A DNA stretch of 38,210 nt from Octopus bimaculoides (GCF_001194135.2 NC_068982.1:63847090-63885299); one strand, 5' to 3'. Shown: positions 21,181-32,295, counted from the first letter of the stretch. A program made the numbers and translations. Notes: generated from the sequence alone by a model not told the origin.

Positions 21181-21950
21181 TTAACCATCTGAATTACGAC
21201 CCATTGCACTTCGTCCTCTTTTCATTGAGAGAGAAAAGGGTGCGACATGGCGCTCATGGAATATCAAATACAACAACAATCCAAACTAAGTCTTTTTTTT
21301 TTAGTCTTGGTGGAGAAAAAATATTTCAACTAAACACATTGAGTTATGAAGCACATTGAAATAAATCAATTCTCGCTGTTACATCTACAGGGTTGGTTCA
21401 TTTTTTTTGCATCATTTTTCTATAGCTCATTCACCTTTCCATAATGCTCTAACAGTGATTCTGTTTGCAGCACTGGATTTAAATGCAAGCTAGAGAGATT
21501 AATTAGTTTCATCTGTTGAAAGGAAGCACCACAAGCATTTTGGAATGTTTGAGAAGCTGTTGATTTGATGGTTAAGAATCTGGAGTTGCTATGCGATTTT
21601 CTACAAAACCTTTTTCTTAAAGAAAGCTAGCAGGAGAGCTATTATGAACATATTTATGACTATTCTTCATTCTGGAGCAGAATAGCAAAATCAAACCTGC
21701 CATGAATACAATTGGATGACTCTGATGGCAAGATTGATCTTCCAAATTGTGTTGAGGCTATATCAAATTACAATGAAATAATAAATCAAGTTTTTGACAG
21801 CCCATTGAATACTATAAAATTCACAGGTCGAGCAATACGAGCCACTACAAATGTTGATTCTAGAAATAAGGAAATCATCAACATATTTCATAGAGAAATG
21901 TCATAAAATTACTGATTCCTAATAAAAAAAATTTAAAGTTATCCAATGGC
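21181..21950 (+). mobile_element. Heavily decayed, internally deleted Helitron Rep/helicase remnant
   Basis: YDPLHFVLF (compare Helitron YDPLxYxLLFP) at about 21195. EIINQVF..GRAIRATTNVD..NKEII (compare the PIF1-like helicase ERAILAPTN motif) in ORF 21712-21906. LKLSNG (compare LCNG) at about 21935. Confidence 0.55.
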
Positions 21951-22246
21951 ATTTTTTAAAAAAACTATCTTTGGTAGGGGAAGCCTTGAAAAGGACGCTT
22001 GGTGTTAAATACTGTTTCGAAAACTAATTGACGTTACAATGGAATAAAATGCGTAAACATGATAGAGGACAACAATATCTAAGAATGTATCTCAGAATAA
22101 AAGAAAACATGTCAATGCGACGCGAAAACTATTAACCTTTACGCGATTGACACGATTACCGATTCCAGTCAATAAATTTTTAATGCCAATCATTAAGTAA
22201 AATACGTTGATTCTTCCCAACCGATCTATTTACGCATAGAAAATTA

Positions 22247-22712
22247 CACAGTGGCTCGCAAAAGTTTACAAGCACAGTCAAAAATCCAAGTTTACAGATA
22301 CTGAGTTAATGCAGGTTAATGAAATTTCCACCATTTATGAAGTTTTTTGTACTAAATTCAATGCAACAGTCATAATTACATAATAATGAACAGAAACAAT
22401 TTTATACGGAAAACGTTGAAATTCAAAACTCAAAAGCTTACAACACATTTGTACAGTCAAATCAGTATTTAGTTGCATAACTCTTGTTGATGATGAGAGC
22501 TTGCGGGTGCTTTGAATAGTTTCCTAAATACGTTTTGCATGTGGTGGAGATTATTTTTCCCCATTCTTAAATTCTTTTCAGTTCTTGTAAATTACGAGGG
22601 TTTCTTTTTTGAATTCTTTTTTTCAATTCTTTCCACAAATTTTCGATTCCAGAATATTAATCCCATTTGTTTTCAGCCAATTCTTAGTCAGTTTTGCCGT
22701 GTGTTTTGAATC
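22247..22712 (-). mobile_element. Tc1-like transposon 3' fragment
   Basis: TA|CACAGTGGCTCGCAAAAGTTT terminus. Minus strand encodes IENLWKELK and the Tc1-type ending ALIINKSYATKY*. Confidence 0.75.
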
Positions 22713-22715
22713 GAT

Positions 22716-25085
22716 ACCCTGTTGAAAGGCCCATGGTATTGATACAAGTAGCTAACATTTTATAGAAACCAATTGATATGTATATTCAAAAGGACTATGG
22801 AAGGTCAGACTGATATACCACATTGACATGCTACAGCAAGGACAAATCTTGTTGCCAAAAAGGAAATCACTGAGATGACAGGAAACTACAAACCCCCTTC
22901 CTTGCCTAAACATTATGTACAAATTGTACGCAAGCTGCCTCAACCAATTCCTCCAGGACCATTGTGATTCGAATAACATTGTGACTGATGAACCGGCTGG
23001 TGGAAAGAAGGGGGTGTTGGGATGTACCGAACAACTTTTAATAAACAAAGCTGTACTGTCTGAAGTAAGAAAACAACGTAGAAAACTTGTGACAGTATGG
23101 CTTGACTATAGGAAGGCATTCGACTCTACCTTTCATTCATGGGTGCTGATGGGCCCACATCTGGCAAAAGTAACAACTACCTTAATTGCTGCTATAGAGA
23201 GACTCACAAAGACATGGACGACTATTCTAATCCTTACAACTGAGAACAGAATAATTGTTTCTAATAGTATAGGCATTACAAAGAGAATATTCCAAGGAGA
23301 TAGTCTTTCTGTACTTCTTTTCATTTTGGCACTGAATCCATTATCGTTCCTACTTCAGAAAACAAATGGTTACATGCTAGAATCTTCAACTGCCAGAAAT
23401 ATCAATGTAACTCATAATTTATTTGTAGACAACCTGAAAATTTATGCCAAAAGTGTTAACAATGCCATAAAACAGCTGGAATTAATAACAACATTTTAAG
23501 CTGATATTGGCATGGAATTTGGTCAAAAGCAATGTTCATATTTGGTTATAGAACAAAGAGACTCAGTCCTCCAAACCTAAAACCTATGCATCAACGGTCT
23601 CTGTATCCCCCCCATTCCACACAAAAAATGTTACAAGTACCTAGGCATAGACGAAACTGTTTCATATGAAGGCACTGTGAATAAAGATAGAGTGATCCGA
23701 GAATATTACACCGCACTTAAGAAAATATAGCAGTCGGAACTCTCCTCTTGCAACAAAACAATATCCCACAATGCATTTGCAGTACCAGTGCTGATCGCAA
23801 CATTCGGGATACCTGATTGGTCTGTAGAGGAAATCCACTCCATAGATATTAAAAACTCGCAAAATCCTGACAGTAACTGGGAACTTCCACAGAAACAGTG
23901 ATGTTGACAGGCTCTACCTAAGAAGAAATAAAGGTGGTAGAAGCCTGAGATCAGTGCAGACGGCCTTTGAATGCTGTATGGTATCATTCAGGCAGCATCT
24001 GCTAAACAACAGCAGCAAAAATAAATATATCAATGGAGTACTGAAAAGTGAAGTGAGCAATATTGTACGAGTTGGCAGTGAGCTCCTCAAGAAGCACTCT
24101 CTCCTTGATGATCTCCTATACAGCCCCAAAACAGCTGGGCTCTCTTACCTCAGAGAAGACCTGGATGAAAAGACTATGCATGAGTATGTTTCCCGGAAGC
24201 TTGAAGAAGACAACAAAATTGACACGAAATGCAGCCTCTCTTGCACACAAGGCCACTACATCACATCACACTTTGAGGGCTATGCGTTTGCGATCCAGGA
24301 ACAGGAGATTGCCATAAAGTACCTGGTGAACAAGAGAGACAGTGACGCACTTGTAAACCCAAGGTGCAACCGCATGTGTAGGCTATGTCATGATTCTGTG
24401 GAAGGCGTCACGCATGTGATTAGCAGCTTTCCTAAAATGTCGTCACGGTATTACCTCCCTATGCAGCACGATGTTGTTGCTAAAACAAGTTACAATGCCA
24501 TCCGCAAAAAAGGCTGTCCTGAAATAAATTTAGTAAATACCTCTGTTATGGAACACATTCATATCTGTTATGGAATACATTCATAAACACCAACTCGAGG
24601 AATACTGGTGGAATATTGCCATCAAAACTTCTGTCAAATGTTAACATAACAGGCTAGATATTGTTGTTTGGGACAGAGGGGCAAAGGTATGTACAATCAT
24701 AGAGGTCAGCTGCCCTGCAAATATAAATATCTCTTTGAAAATCAAAGAAAAAGAGGATATCTATGGGCAACTGCTTCGAAACCTCCAGTTTCTATATCCA
24801 GACTATGAATTCATATTCATACCAATAATAATTGGAGCCCTAGGTTTTGTTAGTAAATGCTTAAAGGAGAATCTGGATAAACTGGGATTTTCAGAAAGAG
24901 AAATCTACCAATTCATTCGTTTATTACAAGTGCAATCTGTGAGTGGAACAGTAAAAATATGCAAGACTTTTCTCAAGTTTCAAATGTGAATTTGTGCGTT
25001 AACTATATCTCAAAGATGGAGTCATATCTTTGTGGGAAACCGGCTCCTTCCTTAGTGGAAGATTTATAATAATTAAAAAATAGAA
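22716..25085 (+). mobile_element. 5'-truncated non-LTR retrotransposon, R4/Dong-like (RT + CCHC + restriction-like endonuclease), pseudogenised
   Basis: WLDYRKAFDS, IFQGDSLS.LLFILALNPL, LFVDNLK (YxDD box), CRLCHDSVEGVTHVISSF zinc finger, NRLDIVVWD..IIEVSCP..K..EK..Y REL motif. ORF end at 24989 followed by a short 3' UTR. Confidence 0.9.
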
Positions 25086-25140
25086 AAGACATACATACAT
25101 GCATACATACATACATACATACATACATACATACATACAT

Positions 25141-25998
25141 GATGGTTGTCTACACCTTATGCAGAGTTTGACCACCTTCTGTACCTACACCTTAGCACCA
25201 TCATGGCATCTGATAAGGCTTTTTAAACCAGACAATGTTCTGAAAAGACACCCACATAGATTGCACATTCGATTTGGACTACCAAGATAAGCTCTGATCT
25301 TTGTGGATCTTAAAATGTCTTTTGAGGCCTCCGTTACGTTTGCAAACCTTCTGGCATACACTGTATTCAAATGTGTACACAGACATATAGGCAGAATAGT
25401 TGGTGGAGGTTCGTTTTCCATGGGTTCGCAAATGAGATTTGAGCCCAGCAAAAGAAAGGCATGGTCTGTCACAAAGGTCTTTGTTATTCACCTTCTCGAT
25501 CATAACATTCTTCCTTAGATCTCTTTTGAGTCTTACATGCGTTATCCTGGCCTCTTCAAATGCTTTCACTCCACTCCAGACTTTTGTTCGCCATCCAACT
25601 CGATCCTAAGCAAAAGTTTCTATATCTTCTAGATCCATTCCAAGTGACTTCATAGTAGTCCTTATGTCGTCCTTAAACATTTTTTTAGGTTTAAGCTGAT
25701 AGTGTTCCCCCTCTGCAAGCTCACCATAAAACAGCTGTTTCGGCATGCGTTCATCCGCCATTCGAACAATATGACCACACCATCTCATTTGGTTCCTTAA
25801 AATCATAGCTTTAATTGAGGTGATGCCTGTAGATGCAAGGACATCTGTGTTTGGAATAAAAGAACTCCATTTAGTGTTTAAAATGCGATGAAGGCATTTT
25901 TGGTGGAATTGTTCTAACAATTTAAAATGCCTTTCATAATAAGTCCATGTTTCACAAGAATACAACAGGGATGGTAAGACAAATTATTTGTAAAGAGC
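25141..25998 (-). mobile_element. RTE-clade LINE 3' fragment ending in an (ATGT)n tail
   Basis: YSCETWT..LEQFHQKCLHRIL..QMRWCGHIVRMADERMPKQLFYGEL is the typical RTE C-terminal region, followed by three C2H2-like fingers. On the minus strand ..ACAACCATC runs directly into (ATGT)n. Confidence 0.88.
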
Positions 25999-26072
25999 CA
26001 TACATACATACATACATACATACATACATACATACATACATACATACATACATACATGCATACGTACATACA

Positions 26073-26645
26073 TAACACCGAAGATATCACCCACACCATA
26101 AGCAGTTGTCCGAAAATGTCATCACGGTATTATCCACCGATGAGACGTGATGTAGCTAGGACACTCTATAATGAAATACGTCGGAAGGATAATCCCGAGG
26201 ACAAAGAAATAAGAACCCACAGTAAGGTAGAAGCATTAGCCACTCATAATAAAAGAAGTACTGGTGGAATGTCCCAGTGAAGACCTCAATGAAATGTGAG
26301 CACAACAGACCTGATTTGGGATAGAGAAGAGAAACTGTGCATAGCTGTGAAAATTAGCTGCCCAGTGGATGTTAACATAGATCAGTGGAAAAAAGAGTAC
26401 GACGCTGAACTATTGAGAAATCTGCCGTTACTCTATCCAGGTTACAAGTTCAGGTTTATACTTGTAATTATTGGGGCATTGGGATATGTAACACACTGTC
26501 AAAATACCAATCTTGAGAAATTAGGCTTCTCAAAACCAGAAAGGAGAAAGTTAATTCGGAGACTGCAGATCTAATCCATCACTGGAACTGTAAAAAATTT
26601 TTAAACTTTCCAGAATACATGCATAAAGCAAAACATACAAATCTG
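26073..26645 (+). mobile_element. Second R4/Dong-like LINE fragment (zinc finger to REL domain)
   Basis: EDITHTISSCPKMSSRYY, ISCPVDVN, IIGALGYV..NLEKLGFS parallel copy 1 at 24400-24989. Confidence 0.85.
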
Positions 26646-26922
26646 CACACATACATACATACATACATACATACATACATACATACGCAAACACACACAT
26701 ACATGCATGCATGCATGCATACATACATACATTCATACATACATACATGCATGCATGCATGCATGCATGCATACATACATACATACATACATACATACAT
26801 ACATACGCAAACACACACATACATGCATGCATGCATGCATACATACATACATGCATACATACATACATACATACATGCATACATACATGCATACATACAT
26901 ACATACATACATACATACATAC
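26646..26922. repeat. Compound (CATA)/(CATG) microsatellite with 120 bp internal duplication
   Basis: CATACGCAAACACACACATACATGCATG occurs at about 26682 and about 26802. Confidence 0.9.
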
Positions 26923-26926
26923 CACA

Positions 26927-28156
26927 ACGCCAATATTCTCTCTGGCATAGGAACGGAGTTCGATCACAATAAGTGTTCATTTTTGGCAGTAAAACGATAA
27001 AATATTGTTAAACAGACAAAGAATGTGGAAATCAATGGCCTATCTCCCTTATCACCAGTGATGGATGTTACAAATACTCCGGAATATTGCATACATTGGT
27101 GTTGTTAGTAATACTAAAAGTGACAAAAGAACAAACTTAAGAAAGTATGCAAGTCAGAGTTGTCTGCATTCAGTAAGACCATATCCCGCAATATTTTCTG
27201 AATGCCAGTGCTAGTGCCAACATTTGGGATATTACACTGAACATTTGAAGATATCTGCAGCGTGGACATCAAGATCAGAAAGGTAGTAACAACTATTGTT
27301 AAGTTCCATATCATCAGTGATATTGACAGGACCTTATTTTAAGCAGAGAAAAGGGAGCAGAGGAACAAAGACAGTCCAGACAGTTTTTGAGTGCTACATC
27401 GATTCACTTAGACTTGATCTACTGGACAGGAAGTAAAGAACTTATCACATCACATATATGGTTAACTAATAGTAATAGTATCATGAAATTTAGCGAAGAG
27501 CTCCTGAACAGGTACTCTGAGCAAACAGCTATCTATGTGAACTAAGACTGGTGGGACTGGCATACTTAAACAGATTTGAGAGAGAAATTCTCATATTTTC
27601 AACAAAAAGTTATGCATGAGTATATATCACGCAAGCTTGTGAATACCATCTGTAACATTGACAGGAGTAATAACCTTTTCTGGGTTTGTGAGACACATTG
27701 CATCTCACCTATAGAGTTAAGCCTTTGCTTTCCACGGACATGCAATAGCTACTAAATAGCTACTGATTAACAAGAGAGATACAATAGCTACTGATTGACA
27801 CAAGAGATAAGGATATCTCTAAACCTTCGCATTTTAATAGAAAATATCGATTCTGTCATACCAATGGGGAAGATATCGCTTATCTCAACAGAAGCTGTAC
27901 AAAAATTTCACATGATACTACCTTTCTAAGAGACACAACACTCTCACTAAAACTATCTAAACGGCTAATTGTAGAAAGTATTGTCCTGATAGCTATACGA
28001 AAGGTATACCAGAATGTACCCTCACCTTTAAAAATAAAGAAAACCGGTAGAACATTCCAATAAAAAGAACAACCCAGTCTAATTATAACAGGACAGATAT
28101 CCTTCTATAAGGCAGGGTGCAAAGATCATGATGTTATGGAGATCAACTGCCCGGTA
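26927..28156 (+). mobile_element. Third, more diverged R4/Dong-like LINE fragment
   Basis: GIGTEFDHNKCS, CYKY, LKKVCKSELSAFSKTIS, PVLVPTFGIL, NRKYRFCHTNGEDI, NRTDI..MEINCPV align by eye to copy 1 from about 23500 to 24720. Confidence 0.8.
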
Positions 28157-28852
28157 GGTGTGAATATTTGTTAATAGACTGAAAGAACAGTCGGTAAAAG
28201 ATAACGTCTGATACACGATATAAAGGAAATATAAGTGATCTTACCTTGAGCATAACTACAAATGTATACCCCGCTGAGTTTGTTGCCTCATAACTTCCAG
28301 AAAAAAATAGATACTTTCTTACGAAACTTTCAATAAATAATCGCTTAGATCCTGTAAATTGAGTGTATGTAAAGATTTGTTGAAAAAATTTTTTCCGAGG
28401 GGTTGGGGAGAGGAATTTTGAAAAATCCACATGGCCCGACATTTTCCCCTTCATAACTTTCAGGAAAAGGAGTATTTTTTAATGAAATTTTATACAAATG
28501 CCTTTCAAACGGTGTAGATTACGATTACAAAGAAATTTTTAGGCAAAATCTTTTCTAAGGGGGCATGGGGAGGAGTTTCTGGAAAATGGTGTTTCGGATC
28601 AGACGGCCTACATAAGATGGAATTTCTCCGTTTTGGCGTGGATTTTTTCCAATTTCTTTTTCAGCACAGTCTTCGAAATGATGGGAGGCATCTTTTCACA
28701 AAAAAAAGAAAATTGTTTTCAGGAATTGTTATTATCATACATGAAATTATTATGAATTATGTTACTCTATTGTCTAAATAATATACAAAATAATTATAAC
28801 TGCAATGTTTTTCTTTTATCTAATGTTTTTAAATGTTTGCTTAATGTTTCAG

Positions 28853-29091
28853 TATTCTTTGCGAATAATGCTATGGAACATCCTAGATATCGTTCTGGAG
28901 AATGGACAGAAGAAGAGACTTTACGGAATTTCTTGGACGGTTTGGACACACCTGGTTGCTGTGACGGCAAAGTAACCGAAGAGGAATTTATAAATTATTA
29001 TGCCGGGGTCAGTGCTACTGTAGAAGACAGTAGCTATTTTGATCTTATGATGAGATCTACATACAAACTTCCGGCCAAATCTACTTGTTAG
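28853..29091 (+). CDS. CAPSL: Calcyphosin-like protein, coding exon 2 (EF-hand 4 and C-terminus)
   Basis: (V)FFANNAMEHPRYRSGEWTEEETLRNFLDGLDTPGCCDGKVTEEEFINYYAGVSATVEDSSYFDLMMRSTYKLPAKSTC* matches family motifs HPxYxxGEW, EEFxNYYxGVSA and YFxxMMR. Pyrimidine-rich acceptor TTTCAG at 28847-28852, with phase matching exon 1. Confidence 0.92.
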
Positions 29092-29159
29092 GTGATAATT
29101 TTAAAACACTGGTCAAGCAACCGTATAGTCTCTACACAATGGAATTGTAATATAAAAGA

Positions 29160-29315
29160 TATGTTGCGAATACACACGCGCATACACTCTCACACGTACA
29201 CAGATACACACTCACGTACACACACACACACGCATACACATTCGCGCGTGCACACACACACACGCACACACACACACTTATACACATATACACAGAGAGA
29301 GAGAAAGAGAGAGTC
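29160..29315. repeat. (CA)n variant and (GA)n repeats in the presumptive 3' UTR
   Basis: Read directly from the sequence. Confidence 0.85.
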
Positions 29316-29361
29316 ACAGGTATTTTAATTTATTTTCAAAATGTGCTTAATATCTTGCTTT

Positions 29362-29367
29362 ATTAAA
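29362..29367 (+). promoter_or_regulatory. Candidate polyadenylation signal ATTAAA
   Basis: Variant hexamer 270 nt after the stop codon; weak evidence in AT-rich DNA. Confidence 0.3.
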
Positions 29368-29493
29368 ACTGGTAGTAATATATGCTTATATATTCTCACA
29401 TGAATACAGCTTTATGTTCATACATGACAGACTACAGACATTCATGTATTTTTTATCTCGAAAAACAAAACCTAACCTACAAATCTATACATA

Positions 29494-30364
29494 CGTAGTC
29501 TGATCAATAAGTATCAGGACTGTTGCCATAGTAGCGAAGCTAAAGCACGCAGAGTAAAAGCCCTTGGCACAGATTGACTTTGAACTCAGATGTGCATGTG
29601 CACTAAGTTTTAACGTTCTAGCTCACTTCCGCTATTTACAGCAATACATGGAAGGAAGGTGTGTAGCATGTGATCGTCGCATTGACTATGACAAAGAAAG
29701 CTGAGCAGGATATCTGCATCAAACTTTGCCAACAGTTTGGCGATACCTGCTCAGAGGCCTACGCAAAGTTTTCAAAAAATTTTCATCGTTCTCGACACAA
29801 TCAAGGAGATCTTGTGCAACTGAAATCCGAGTCAGTTGAAAGCAGTTTTGGCACACACTTGGCAGACACGCATCTCATATTCAAATCTTCAGTGATAATG
29901 AACTGAACTGAACCGTAACTAGTCTGCACATCCTTTGATAATTCACGGATGGTGATTCTACGATTTCCCCTCACAGCTGCACGCACATCTGCGATGTTTT
30001 CTCAGTTCTGCGGTTTCGCAGAACGTTCGCCAATGTCGACATTTTTCGGCCATCTTGAAAACGCTTGAACCACTCGTACACTTGTGTGAGGCTCATACAC
30101 CCCTCTCCATACACTTTCTGCAACTTTGCGTAGGCCTCTGAGCAGGTATCGCCATGACAGCTTTCTCTGTCATGGTCAATGCGACGATCACACGCTACAC
30201 ACCTTCCAAACACTGTTATAAACAGCGGAGGTGAGCTAAAACGTTAAAATTTAGTGCGGCATGCACACCTGAGTTCAAGGTCAATCTGTGTCAAGTGGCT
30301 TTACTCTGCGTGTTTTAGCTTTGTTACTGTGGCAACAGTCTGGATACTTATTGATCAAACTTCG
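29494..30364. mobile_element. Non-autonomous mariner derivative made of two head-to-head 5' ends
   Basis: TA|CGTAGTCTGATCAATAAGTATC at the left and GATACTTATTGATCAAACTTCG|TA at the right. Arms 29494-29770 and about 30121-30364 are inverted homologues, both containing the transposase start region. The minus strand continues through QVYEWFKRF, ITIRELS, VSAKCVPKLL and DLLDCVENDENFLKT. Confidence 0.88.
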
Positions 30365-31199
30365 TACATATGTTCATGTTGTCACTCATATAAGCATTAC
30401 TTAAAACTCAGTCGATGTATGGAAACTAATGAAAATTGTAATCAAATAGTGCTATTTATTCTGAGTTACACAAATATACATGAAAACTTTTCACTTTTTA
30501 CGGGTGTTCTCATTTTTTTTTTCCATCGGTGGTGAGTCTAATTTATTTATACCAAAATTTGGGCCACCTTAATGAGACACATAAAGAAGTGTGCATTGTA
30601 AATATTAGATTTTAGATTAAGGAAATATTCAGGATTATCAGTAATATTGAATATAGAGAATAAATGGTTGCGTAGGACAACTTCCTTTAGTTAGTGAGAA
30701 GAGGAGCAGAGATTGAAAGAAACAAAATTTGCTTTAATTTTAAAAAGAAAATCTGTAACTAAACCATTGAGATGCTGAAAAAGAAGTTACCCATACTGCT
30801 ATACTAGTGAAAGCTAAATCGATATTTTTGTACAACTTCTTACGCAGTGCGTTTGACAGATCTTAAATGAAAATCAATTTTCAATTACTTTCGACGACTA
30901 GTGGCTATTTTTTCTTTATTTTTAGTTTGGTCCATCTTTTTGGTTTGTATTCTATAACTGAAAGTAATAGTTAATGTAATTTGTTACGATATTCTACGTA
31001 GGCCGATAATTTAGACCGATATAATTTTCATGATACTCTATATAGGCCGGTAGGGTATCAACTGTTGTTTATATATTAGTTTTGCTTCGTGTGTTGTATT
31101 ACAATGCGTTACAATGGTTCCTTGTGGTAAATTATATGATCAGACGACGAGAAAGTGTCATATTTGGCCAACGTTCAGAATAAAGTTATACGTTAAAAT

Positions 31200-31670
31200 A
31201 CTCACAGCAACTATACCCACACATCAATGATGTATTCATTAAATTTTTATCTATAGTCATTAAATTTTTATCGATAACAACTTGAAAATAGCAATTCCAA
31301 AGAATTAGACATTCATCAATAACAGATAATCAAGCACTTTAGTAGACCAGTACAAATCGGAAAAACAATACCAAAACTAATTCATTCACACAGATATAGT
31401 GGATAGGACATCCAGAAAAAAAACATAGAAACTGCATCTGTCGTATAGTACATGAACTAATTACATCATTAACAAAAGCTCATAAAGTACAACACAACTT
31501 AACAGCAAATTAACAATAATAGGTTTTATTTGAACATACAGTATTACAAGAACACCAGAATTATAAACTTTCTCATCAACATGAAACAAAACTGTAAGCC
31601 ACAGAACATGTTTCAGATAACCAACGTAATATACAAATTTTGATGTAAACCTGGAAGTTGTAAACTTATT
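31200..31670 (+). mobile_element. Penelope-like element remnant (linker / GIY-YIG region)
   Basis: YYKNTRIINFLINMK..ITNVIYKF*CKPGSC at 31542-31660 resembles Penelope YYKNxKTxNL..NVVYxFxC..C. Very decayed. Confidence 0.45.
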
Positions 31671-32295
31671 TATTATTTGTAAACCATAGTTGTTGCTTTT
31701 TTCTGCTGACTAAATATGATACATTTACGGTATTCTATGAGTACTTTATTGGTACTCTATGCATACTCTAACTATACTTCTGCATTGTTTTGCTTTCTTT
31801 ACTGACTTCAACGTGTGGTATGAATGTTGGGACATTTTATATAACTCTAAGTAATTTTATTTTCTGTGTATGGTGTATTTGTAATTGAGTGTGGTAACGT
31901 AAGACGGTGCACATTGTATTTACTATTTGCGTTTAGTCTGTTCTTTTGAAACATGGTTAAAGTATAATACTTGGAAGATATCAGTATGAAGTTACATGCG
32001 CATGTGGAGGTGTGGAAAAGAGTAGGTAAGAGACGGGTTCTTACAGTACTCCTTCGGCAAATTGCAATCCTAAAACTGTTGGGCGAACAGATGACTAGTT
32101 TAATAGTCAGTGTTTTGTGTTGTATGTTATAAAGAGGTATAGAATATTTTCCACACAAGCGGACAGCAAAGTGTGGAGTCGAAAACATTCCTGATGTCGA
32201 TCGTAGTGAAATGGTGCATGTTGCAGATTGCTTCTATTTTCTTTCTTTTTTTTTTTTTGTTATCTTGTTGAAACTGTCATGTATCTCCTGTGTTA

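Larger units (their letters stand above)
5049..28852 (+). other. 23,804 bp GT-AG intron of the calcyphosin-like gene
   Basis: GT at 5049-5050 and TTTCAG ending at 28852. Splicing joins G+TA = Val and yields a contiguous 603 nt ORF (200 aa + stop). Confidence 0.85.

Noticed and set aside
31847-32188. 113 aa minus-strand ORF and a hydrophobic-looking plus frame
   Set aside because: No recognisable domain, splice context or repeat motif; compatible with chance.
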